The position numbers were made by a program, and so were the translations under genes. 54,036 bases of DNA from Candidatus Hydrogenedentales bacterium (lineage in GTDB: Bacteria; Hydrogenedentota; Hydrogenedentia; Hydrogenedentales; JAEUWI01). This document shows, in pieces, positions 18,238 through 26,180 of this stretch; positions within the stretch are counted from its first letter, which is position 1, and each line of letters begins with the position of its first letter. The notes below the pieces were generated by a model, which ran no database searches, was not told where the DNA came from, and worked only from the letters and a program-made list of their open reading frames with translations. Location of the stretch: NCBI GenBank assembly GCA_044344195.1, contig JBIJDL010000001.1, positions 1-54,036 of the forward strand. Reading direction: 5' to 3'.

Positions 18238-19473
18238 ATGGCCAGTAAGAAGTACAATTTCACCCGGACCGAGTTTACGGCGGGCCTGATGGTGCTTGCC
18301 ACCGTGGCGGTGCTTGCGGGATTCGTGGTGGTGATCGAGAACCTCCGCGCCGAGCCGGAATATAAGACACTCTATGCGCGCTTCACCAGCACGGTGGGGC
18401 TCAATGCCAACGCCATGATTCGCTTTGGCGGCCTGGAAGTAGGTACGGTCGCCTCGGTGACCTATGACCCCGAGGACCAGTCCCAGATCCTGCTGGAATT
18501 GAAGGTCGACCCGAAGACCCCGGTGAACGAATCGAGCCGGGCCACCATCGAGCAGACCACCCTCACCGCGGAGAAACATCTGGAAATCTCCACCGGCACG
18601 AAAGACGCCGCGCTCGTTCCGGCCGGCGGCGATGTGGAGGTGATCAACAGCGGCTACGGCTTCATAGACATCCCCAATGTGGATGGACTCGTGGGCGGCA
18701 GCGAGTTGCTCATCGCGGATCTGCGCGATTTCATCGGCGTGGAAGCGGCCAAGAAAAACGAGGCCGAGGGTAAAGGCGAGCTGGCCAGCATCGAGCGCCT
18801 TGCGGGCGATGTCCGGGCGCTGCTGGGTGTGAAAGAGGCCTTGGAACGGCACAAGGCCGATGGCTCTGAGCCGGTCAACGTGGCGAAGCTCACCGAGGAC
18901 CTCGCCAAATTGCTGGGCGTGGAAGAGGCGGAGAAGGCGGCGGCGGCCGGGGGCGAAGAGTTGCCCAGCGTGACCAGGATTACCGGCGATGTGCGCGATC
19001 TCCTCGGCGTGAAGCAGGCGAAGGCGGTGGCGGGCGGAGCGGACCCGGCGAACGTGGAGAACATCATCGGCAATGTGGACGGTATGCTGGAGAAGTACGA
19101 TCCGCAGATCGGCACCATTCTGGAGAAAGTCCCGCCGCTACAGGATTCGGCGACCCGGGTGATGACGGGCGTGGCCACCACGCTGGAAGACAACAAGGAA
19201 AACATCGACAAGATCGCCTCGGACGTGAGCGGCGTTACCGCCACGCTGAATCAGGAGTTGGAGGCGACCCTGGCGGCCCTCACCGCGACGCTGGAACACG
19301 TCCAGGCGCTGAGCGGAGAGACCCAGGAGCTGGTGCACCAGAACCGCCCGGCCATCGAGGACCTGATGGGCGATCTGGGCCATCTGATACAGAATTTGAA
19401 TGTGCTGCTGGAGGACCTGAAGGCGCATCCGCAGGCGATAATATTTGGCAAGCCCGAGAGCGGGCGGAAATAG
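18238..19473 (+). CDS. MCE/MlaD-domain protein with a long repeat-containing helical C-terminal extension
   Basis: N-terminal TM helix (LMVLATVAVLAGFVVVI) and an MCE domain (RFTSTVGLNANAMIRFGGLEVGTVASV...LELKVD). About 270 aa of predicted helix follow, containing four ~30-aa repeats with the motif [D/E]x[R/A]xLLGV[K/E][E/Q]A. Confidence 0.8.
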   Translation: MASKKYNFTRTEFTAGLMVLATVAVLAGFVVVIENLRAEPEYKTLYARFTSTVGLNANAMIRFGGLEVGTVASVTYDPEDQSQILLELKVDPKTPVNESSRATIEQTTLTAEKHLEISTGTKDAALVPAGGDVEVINSGYGFIDIPNVDGLVGGSELLIADLRDFIGVEAAKKNEAEGKGELASIERLAGDVRALLGVKEALERHKADGSEPVNVAKLTEDLAKLLGVEEAEKAAAAGGEELPSVTRITGDVRDLLGVKQAKAVAGGADPANVENIIGNVDGMLEKYDPQIGTILEKVPPLQDSATRVMTGVATTLEDNKENIDKIASDVSGVTATLNQELEATLAALTATLEHVQALSGETQELVHQNRPAIEDLMGDLGHLIQNLNVLLEDLKAHPQAIIFGKPESGRK

Positions 19474-19486
19474 CACGACCGATCTT

Positions 19487-19678
19487 GACCACGGATAACT
19501 TAGAGCAGCCGTTGGCCGCAACCAAAGATTTGAACCACGGAGACACGGAGGCGCGGAGAAGAAAAGGAGTTTTCAGAGGCACCGGTGCCGGGTCACGGCG
19601 CGCTTGCGTTTGAAAAGCCCTCTCTTCCTTCCCTCCCCCATGTAGTTTTCTCAGTGCCTCCGTGCGCTCCGTGGTCAG
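19487..19678 (+). repeat. Copy B of the dispersed MITE/REP-like element (core only)
   Basis: It is bounded by TGACCACGGA (19486-19495) and TCCGTGGTCA (19668-19677). It contains GGCCGCAACCAAA (19514-19526) and CACGGAG words, and is homologous to 604-800 (inverted) and 42521-42784. It fills the 244-bp gap between the MCE and PqiC-like genes. Confidence 0.7.
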
Positions 19679-19717
19679 AACAATTTGGATTGCGGAACAT
19701 GCCGATAGGAAAAGCAA

Positions 19718-20284
19718 ATGGAATTTACTAGAGCCAAGCATGCATGCCTCGCATTGATTGTCACCTGTTTCGCGGCGGGTTGCGCCACGGCACCCGGCCC
19801 GAATCTGTACACGCTGAACATGGCCCCCGCTTCGGGGGACAGCGGCGGCGTCCAGATCGCCGTGGGGCGCCTGCGCATTGCGGAAGCGCTCCAGAACAAA
19901 CGGATCCTGATCAAGAAGAGCCCGACGGAGATCGAGTACTACGCGGCGGCCCAATGGGCGGCCGGGCTCGATGAACTGCTCGCGGAAAAGCTCGGCGTGG
20001 AGTTCGGCCAGCCGGACCCCGCCGGGGCCACCAGTGTACTTTCAGGCACCCTGCTCGCCTTTGAACAAGTGGACTCCGCTACCGGGGCCGAGGCCCACGT
20101 GCGCATCGCGGTCGAGATCCGCAAAGAGGGCACCAGCTATTACTCACCTCCCGCCCTGGCCAAGACCTACGATGTGCGCCTGCCCATCGCGGAACCTGCG
20201 GCGGGCGCGGTGGTGGAGGCGCTCTCGGCCTGCCTGGAGCAGGTGGCGCGGGCGATTGTGGCGGACACGTCCGCCCTCGGATAA
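19718..20284 (+). CDS. PqiC/YmbA-like ABC-transport auxiliary lipoprotein (DUF330-type)
   Basis: Lipobox CFAAGC after a signal peptide. Family-like features are PNLYTL near the N-terminus and YYAAAQWAAGLDELLAEKL. 188 aa. Confidence 0.65.
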   Translation: MEFTRAKHACLALIVTCFAAGCATAPGPNLYTLNMAPASGDSGGVQIAVGRLRIAEALQNKRILIKKSPTEIEYYAAAQWAAGLDELLAEKLGVEFGQPDPAGATSVLSGTLLAFEQVDSATGAEAHVRIAVEIRKEGTSYYSPPALAKTYDVRLPIAEPAAGAVVEALSACLEQVARAIVADTSALG

Positions 20285-20308
20285 CGGGCCTGGCCCAGGG
20301 AACAGAGG

Positions 20309-21106
20309 ATGACGGCAAACGCCAAGCGACAGGAACACCTTTCCGACTACGAGCGGGTCGTGTGTTACCACACCCTTCCGCGGACGAATCATCCGCTGAC
20401 ACTGGGGCTCATCGTCGCATACGCCGTATGCCTGCTGGAGGCGGTGGCGGCCATCGGGGTCGGTGTCTATCTCGAATGGGCCACCTGGCTCCGGGTGGGC
20501 TCCATCTGCTTCGTCGGCCTGATCCTCTTCGGGATCGTGGTCTTTACGGTTCGGGCTTTTCTCAACGAACTTCGCTCGCGCAAGGCACTGGCCGCCGCAG
20601 AAGGTGTGCCCGATGCTCGCGAGTCCGCCCAGGATTTCCCCGATCCTTTTGAAAGCCATATCCTGCTTCACCACCCTTCTCATACCCGGGGGACCCTGTT
20701 CAGCCTTACCGACAACCACGACACGAGCGGCTATATCGTAGAAATCGCACCGAGCCACAAGGGCTGGAAAATACGGGATATGGAGTCGGGCCATCAGATC
20801 CGCGTGCATATGGAAAAAGGCGGGCGCAGCTTCCGGTTTGGCGGCGTGCTGCCCGCCGTGGCCCGTGTGTACCGCGAAGGCGAGGAAGTGGCGATCCTCC
20901 GGCGCCCCTTCACCCTGAGCGACCTGGAGGTGGAAATCGAGTCCACCCGGCCCTCCGGCACCTTGCTCCAGTTGCGAAGCAAAGGTTTCTTTGCCGATAA
21001 TCGTCTCGTGGGCCGAGTCTACAATCTCCGGGGTTCCTGCTATCTCGATATCGATCAGGCCTATTTCAATGAAGGCGTGCTCGCCTATTTTGTGACGATG
21101 ACCTGA
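20309..21106 (+). CDS. Hypothetical membrane protein (2 TM helices plus a beta-rich C-terminal domain)
   Basis: AGAGG sits directly upstream of the ATG. TM helices are LTLGLIVAYAVCLLEAVAAIGVGVYL and VGSICFVGLILFGIVVFTV. The C-terminal ~150 aa have alternating beta-like patterns and no family motif that I recognise. Confidence 0.6.
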   Translation: MTANAKRQEHLSDYERVVCYHTLPRTNHPLTLGLIVAYAVCLLEAVAAIGVGVYLEWATWLRVGSICFVGLILFGIVVFTVRAFLNELRSRKALAAAEGVPDARESAQDFPDPFESHILLHHPSHTRGTLFSLTDNHDTSGYIVEIAPSHKGWKIRDMESGHQIRVHMEKGGRSFRFGGVLPAVARVYREGEEVAILRRPFTLSDLEVEIESTRPSGTLLQLRSKGFFADNRLVGRVYNLRGSCYLDIDQAYFNEGVLAYFVTMT

Positions 21107-21188
21107 GAGCGCGGTAGGGTAGGCGTGACAGCAATCGGTTTCGCTTGAGTCTGTTAAGGCATTTTAAGACAGGGGAGTATCCTGCACA

Positions 21189-21788
21189 ATGAAAGGTTCG
21201 TTTTTTCTCTCGATGATGGTCGCCGGCGCAGCGCTGCTGCTCTGCCCCGCCCCCGCCCGTGCCGACCTCGATCTGAAAGAGGGCATGTGGCGTCTGGAAT
21301 TGAACAATGACTTTGGCGTCCACCAGGGTAGCCAGGATCGCTCCGGCGACTACAGCGTCAGTGGCATCGTGGAGTATGAAGTTCCCGCAACGCCCCGTAC
21401 CACGCTCGGGCTGCGCATGATGCCCCTGTTTGCCTATTCACAGGACGGCGTCGACGACTACCGTCGCTTCCGCAAGATTCTTGATGACGATGGCAATGGC
21501 GGCGGCACGGTCTGGGGCGGCGGTTTCGGACTTGCCGGGCGCGTCTACCAGGTGAAGGAGGAGTACCGCGGCTGGTATGGTGAGGCCAGCGTGAGCACCC
21601 TGCTCCACAGCAACGAGTTCAACGGGAACAACTCCAACATTAATTTTGTCACGGGCCTCGGCGTGGGCTACCAGTTCAAGTCCGACTGGCACCTGCAGCT
21701 CCACTACCAGCACATCTCCAATGCCAGCCTCGGCACCAAGAACTCCGGCGCCAATTCCCTGGGGATCGGCGTGGGCTACCGCTTCTAG
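21189..21788 (+). CDS. PagL-like lipid A deacylase / acyloxyacyl hydrolase-type outer-membrane beta-barrel
   Basis: Signal peptide MKGSFFLSMMVAGAALLLCPAPARA. The body has amphipathic beta-strands. A His-x-Ser motif lies in HYQHISNASLG near the C-terminus, and the sequence ends with the terminal aromatic GVGYRF. Confidence 0.55.
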   Translation: MKGSFFLSMMVAGAALLLCPAPARADLDLKEGMWRLELNNDFGVHQGSQDRSGDYSVSGIVEYEVPATPRTTLGLRMMPLFAYSQDGVDDYRRFRKILDDDGNGGGTVWGGGFGLAGRVYQVKEEYRGWYGEASVSTLLHSNEFNGNNSNINFVTGLGVGYQFKSDWHLQLHYQHISNASLGTKNSGANSLGIGVGYRF

Positions 21789-22153
21789 CAATTTGGGGAC
21801 GGACTCGCGCTCGCCACCTGGTCGATTGCGGATTCATTTGCGACATGCCAGTGCCCGTAGATTGCCTTTGACACTACCAACGCGCCTACCCCCGTCCCCG
21901 TGGATGGGGGGCGCGCTGACTTCGGTCTAAATCCGCGTCACGAGTCCACCATTCACGGGGCCATGCCGTCGCTGTAGCATTTTGGAGCGATCCGCAGACA
22001 GGGCACCCGACGCCTGAATTAATTGTTTTTATCATAAAGCAGATTGAGGGCGTATTTCGTGGCGTTTGGTCACTAAATACCTATATGTAGTGGTTCCGAC
22101 TTTCTCCTAAAGTTACATTTAGTGTTTTTTCCCAGACAGGGCACAATATTTAG

Positions 22154-22182
22154 TTGCAAGACTACAGGTTCTCTGTTACCAT
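22154..22182 (+). promoter_or_regulatory. Sigma-70-type promoter candidate for ftsK (TTGCAA-N17-TACCAT with a TGn extension)
   Basis: -35 TTGCAA at 22154-22159, TG at 22174-22175 and -10 TACCAT at 22177-22182. It is preceded by an AT-rich stretch and lies ~40-50 nt upstream of the start codons. Confidence 0.4.
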
Positions 22183-22220
22183 AGCGCTACATTAATGCTG
22201 ACTGTGATCGGATCTCCGCT

Positions 22221-24917
22221 GTGGCCTCTTCCATGAACCTTCCCGTCGAACGAAAATCGGAATTTATGGGCGTCGCGGTCCTCGCCCTGACAGGACTTCT
22301 CTTTCTTGCTCTGGTCAGTGATGGCTATCAGGTTCGCGATCAGGTCACCCGCCCCTTCGACGAGATCTTGAGTGTTTCCAATGGGTTAGGGGCTCCCGGA
22401 GCCTTGGTGGCCGGCATCTTCGCCATTCTCGTGGGCGATGCGCGCCATGTAACCTACTCCCTGACCTTTATCTGGGCCCTGATGTTGATCAGCCGCCACC
22501 CCTTGGGGCACCTGCTGCCCCGCATGCTGGGCGCGGGTCTGGCGATCATTGCTGTGGCCGGCTTCCTCCAGCTCAATTTCCGGGCAGGGACCTCAAATAT
22601 CTATCCCGGCGGCGCTATCGGGGCGTTCGTGGTGGACAAGCTAAATTTCTACCGCTTTGGTTATGCCGGCTCTAACGTCATTGTCTGCTCCCTGATCCTC
22701 GTAGGCCTGCTGCTGGCGACCGAGTACATGTTCTTCTATTTGTTCGTCGTGGGTCGCCATGTAAGCATCTTTGCCTACCGAACCTTTGTGGTGCTGCGGG
22801 ACGCCCGCTCTCGCGCCAAGCTCGACGAGTCCGTGGCCCCCGCGACGAAGTCCCGCCGGGTCGGTCGGGTGCCGAAGCAGGAGGTCCTGCCTCTGGTGGA
22901 GGCCGCGCCCGCGCCCCTGGGCTACGAGTCCACCGATCCGGGGTATGAGGAGGAGGAGGAGTTTGAGGAGCCTGTGGCGATTCCCGCGCCCGACCGCCAC
23001 GCGCGGATTAATGTACGCGTGTCGCCGCAAGTCCCGGTTGCGGTGGACGACGAAGCGCCCTTTGACGCGGTCCCGGATATTATGGAGGAGGGCTACGACG
23101 ACGAGGAAGACGAGGCTTTTGGCGGCGAATCGTTGGCTTTCGACCTGGATCCGCTGGACGATGACGTGGTCACTCCGGATCCAACGGCGGACGAAGCTTC
23201 CGTTGAGGACGAGTACGAAGACGAAGTGGAAGAGGACGTGGAGGATTCCGCCCCCTTCGACCTTGAAGAGGAAGAAGAAATCGAGGAATTGCCACCCGTG
23301 GTGCTTGCGCCTCCCGTGCGCGTTGCCCCGGCTGCCGCAGTGGCTCCTGTGGCCATTGACAGTGCCGCGCCCGCACCGAAGGTGCGCCGCCCCCGCCGCA
23401 AGGTGGTGGAAAATGAAGAATTGCCTCCCGGATACGAGTATCCGCGCCACTATACCCGCCCGCCCATGGATCTGCTGGACGAGCCCGAAGAGCGGGTGGT
23501 GGAGAATCTGGCAGAGACCCTCCGGGCCACCAGCATTCTGCTGGAGGACACCCTCCAGACCTTTGGCATCGAGGCCCGCGTGACCGACGTGACCCGTGGC
23601 CCGACCATAACGCGCTACGAGCTGGAGCCCGCTCCCGGTATCAAAGTGGCCCGCTTTCTTGCTCTGGCCGACGATATCGCCCTGGCGCTGAAGGCCCACC
23701 GCATCCGTGTGGAAGCGCCTATCCCCGGCAAGGGCCGCGTGGGTATCGAAGCGCCCAACGCCGAGCGCGACCAAGTGCTCATCCGCGAATTGCTCGAGTC
23801 CCAGTCTTTCAAGCGGGGCAAGGGCAAGCTGAATCTGGTGCTGGGCAAGGACATCACCGGCGATGTGAAGATTGCCGACCTGGCGACCATGCCACACCTG
23901 CTGGTGGCGGGCGCCACGGGCGCGGGCAAGACGGTGTGCGTGAAGGCGCTGCTGGCCAGCCTGCTTTTCAAAAATTCGCCGGATGATCTGCAGCTCATCC
24001 TCATCGACCCCAAGATGGTCGAATTGTCCATATTCAATGATATCCCCCACCTGATTACTCCGGTGGTAATCGATCCCAAGAAGGCCTCCATTGCCCTCAC
24101 CTGGCTGATCAACGAGATGGAAGAGCGTTACCGCCTCTTTGCCGACCTCCGCGTTCGCAACATCGAAATTTACAACCAGAGCGTGGAAAACGGCGAGATC
24201 GAGCTCGATGGCGACGAAGACGACAGCGACGCACCGTCGCTCCACATCGTGCGGAGACTGCCCTATATCGTCTGCGTCATTGATGAGCTCGCCGACCTCA
24301 TGATGCTGGCCCGTTCCGAGGTGGAAGACTGCATCGCGCGTCTGGCCCAATTGGCCCGCGCCGTGGGCATCCACCTGATCATCGCCACCCAGCGCCCCTC
24401 GGTGGACGTGCTGACTGGCGTGATCAAGGCCAACTTCCCGTCGCGCATCTCCTTTCAAGTATCCTCCCGGGTGGACTCGCGCTGTATCCTGGACGAAATC
24501 GGCGCGGAGCGCCTGATCGGCATGGGCGACATGCTCTACCTGCCGGCGGGCCAGTCCAAGCCCACGCGCATCCAGGGCGCTTTTGTGAGCGACGAAGAGA
24601 TGAACGGGCTGATCAATTATCTGAAGCGGCAAGCGCCGCCCCAGTATAAGGATGAAATTGAGAATTTCGGGAAAAGTAAGGAAAAGACGGACGATATTAC
24701 CGACGAACCCGATGATCTTTTCGAGGATGCCGTGCAAGTGGTCATGGATACGGGACAAGCCTCCATTTCCATGGTGCAACGACGGCTTCGAGTAGGTTAC
24801 ACTAGGGCCGCGAGGTTGATTGACATGATGGAACGCAAGGGCATTGTGGGGCCCCATACGGGGAGCAAGGCCCGCGAAATCTTGGTTGATGCGGTGCATA
24901 TAGAAGAAAGCTCATGA
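22221..24917 (+). CDS. ftsK: DNA translocase FtsK/SpoIIIE
   Basis: N-terminal TM helices, an acidic linker, then a motor domain with Walker A GATGAGKT and Walker B VIDELADLMM. A C-terminal gamma winged-helix is present (ASISMVQRRLRVGYTRAARLIDMME). The start may be GTG 22221 or ATG 22233. Confidence 0.9.
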   Translation: MASSMNLPVERKSEFMGVAVLALTGLLFLALVSDGYQVRDQVTRPFDEILSVSNGLGAPGALVAGIFAILVGDARHVTYSLTFIWALMLISRHPLGHLLPRMLGAGLAIIAVAGFLQLNFRAGTSNIYPGGAIGAFVVDKLNFYRFGYAGSNVIVCSLILVGLLLATEYMFFYLFVVGRHVSIFAYRTFVVLRDARSRAKLDESVAPATKSRRVGRVPKQEVLPLVEAAPAPLGYESTDPGYEEEEEFEEPVAIPAPDRHARINVRVSPQVPVAVDDEAPFDAVPDIMEEGYDDEEDEAFGGESLAFDLDPLDDDVVTPDPTADEASVEDEYEDEVEEDVEDSAPFDLEEEEEIEELPPVVLAPPVRVAPAAAVAPVAIDSAAPAPKVRRPRRKVVENEELPPGYEYPRHYTRPPMDLLDEPEERVVENLAETLRATSILLEDTLQTFGIEARVTDVTRGPTITRYELEPAPGIKVARFLALADDIALALKAHRIRVEAPIPGKGRVGIEAPNAERDQVLIRELLESQSFKRGKGKLNLVLGKDITGDVKIADLATMPHLLVAGATGAGKTVCVKALLASLLFKNSPDDLQLILIDPKMVELSIFNDIPHLITPVVIDPKKASIALTWLINEMEERYRLFADLRVRNIEIYNQSVENGEIELDGDEDDSDAPSLHIVRRLPYIVCVIDELADLMMLARSEVEDCIARLAQLARAVGIHLIIATQRPSVDVLTGVIKANFPSRISFQVSSRVDSRCILDEIGAERLIGMGDMLYLPAGQSKPTRIQGAFVSDEEMNGLINYLKRQAPPQYKDEIENFGKSKEKTDDITDEPDDLFEDAVQVVMDTGQASISMVQRRLRVGYTRAARLIDMMERKGIVGPHTGSKAREILVDAVHIEESS

Positions 24918-25381
24918 GCCAGAACGATTTTCCAGGACATAGGCTACGGGAACAGCGGGAAGCATTGGGACTTTCCTTGCTGGACGCGTACCATGAGACC
25001 CACGTGCCGATCGAGTACCTGACCCACCTCGAAAACGGGCGACTCAATGAGTTGCCCGCGACGACGTACACGGCCGGGTTCCTGAACACCTATTGCCAGG
25101 TGCTTCAGCTTTCGGCGGAACCCTTCATCGTTGCCCTCCGGTCCTGCCGCGCGGCGGTGCCGGAGCCCGTGTACTTCAGCCGGGGCGGTCTCGTGAGTCC
25201 GCCCGGAGCGCGCCCGCTCTGGGTGAGCGACGCCCTGACTTGGGGCGCGATCTGCGCGATCCTGCTGCTGGGCTGGGTTTCCTACTCCGTGGTGGTCAAG
25301 CCCTTCGCCGAGAGCGGTGAGATGCGCGTGGACGCCGGCAGCATCGCCGTCGAGCCGCCCGCCCGATTCGACGCGGAGTGA
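24914..25381 (+). CDS. HTH-domain membrane protein (RodZ-like N-terminal region)
   Basis: HTH-like segment LREQREALGLSLLDAYHETHVPIEYLTHLENG, then one TM helix (WGAICAILLLGWVSYSVVV). Its start overlaps the ftsK stop (ATGA). Confidence 0.6.
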   Translation: MSQNDFPGHRLREQREALGLSLLDAYHETHVPIEYLTHLENGRLNELPATTYTAGFLNTYCQVLQLSAEPFIVALRSCRAAVPEPVYFSRGGLVSPPGARPLWVSDALTWGAICAILLLGWVSYSVVVKPFAESGEMRVDAGSIAVEPPARFDAE

Positions 25382-25547
25382 AGTTTACCCAATCGTTTGC
25401 GCCTGTGACGTAAACGAGTTCCCCCCTTTTTTGCCCCTCCGACACCAATCTCCCGATATCCGTGTGCTTTGCATCATTGCAGGGACATCCGAGACGGCAG
25501 GGGATAAAATCACTACCGTCCCGTCAGGTGCATCGCGCGCTCCGGGA

Positions 25548-25556
25548 TGGTACAAT
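25548..25556 (+). promoter_or_regulatory. Extended -10 promoter candidate (TGgTACAAT) immediately upstream of pgsA
   Basis: TG at 25548-25549 and hexamer TACAAT at 25551-25556. The ATG at 25566 is only 9 nt downstream, implying a near-leaderless transcript. Confidence 0.35.
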
Positions 25557-25565
25557 GCAGGGGCT

Positions 25566-26180
25566 ATGAACCTTCCCAACCAACTTACTGTGGCGCGGTG
25601 CATCATGACCGCGTTTTTTGTCGCGCTGTTCTCCTTCGACAACGTCGTGTGCTATGCCGTCGGCTACGTGATCTTCGTGGTGGCCGCCATCACCGACTAC
25701 TACGACGGCAAGATCGCTCGCGAGCGGAACCTCGTCACCAATTTCGGCAAACTGCTGGATCCCGTGGCGGACAAGGTCCTGGTCGTCTCGGCGTTCGTTA
25801 TGCTGATGGGCATACCGGACATGAACGTACCGGCGTGGAGCGTGGTGATGATCCTGGCGCGTGAATTCCTGGTGACCGGCGCCCGGGCGCTGGCGGCGGC
25901 CGACGGCACGGTGATCGCCGCCAACAAGCAGGGCAAGACCAAGACGCTCCTCCAGATGATCTACGTCTGCACCTTTCTATTCTTCGCGGTCGTCCTTCAG
26001 GGGTTGACCGAATACCCGGCGGCGCTGACGGTCCTGCCGGGCGGTGTGGAGCCCTATATCCGCGCCATCGGCTTCGCATCCCAGTGGTCGGTCATTGTTG
26101 TGGCCGTGTATACGGTCTACTCCGGTATCGTTTTCGCCCGCGAAAACTGGAAGGTGCTCGGCCTCGATGAAGTGTCATGA
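25566..26180 (+). CDS. pgsA: CDP-diacylglycerol--glycerol-3-phosphate 3-phosphatidyltransferase
   Basis: Family N-terminus MNLPNQLTVARC at the internal ATG 25566. The CDP-alcohol phosphatidyltransferase motif is DYYDGKIARERNLVTNFGKLLDPVADK. The upstream 83 codons of the ORF-track model are not family-like. Confidence 0.85.
   Translation: MNLPNQLTVARCIMTAFFVALFSFDNVVCYAVGYVIFVVAAITDYYDGKIARERNLVTNFGKLLDPVADKVLVVSAFVMLMGIPDMNVPAWSVVMILAREFLVTGARALAAADGTVIAANKQGKTKTLLQMIYVCTFLFFAVVLQGLTEYPAALTVLPGGVEPYIRAIGFASQWSVIVVAVYTVYSGIVFARENWKVLGLDEVS

Noticed and set aside
22641-24899. 752-aa minus-strand ORF opposite ftsK
   Set aside because: The + frame carries unmistakable FtsK Walker A/B and gamma-domain motifs. 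The antisense translation has no motifs and a biased composition.
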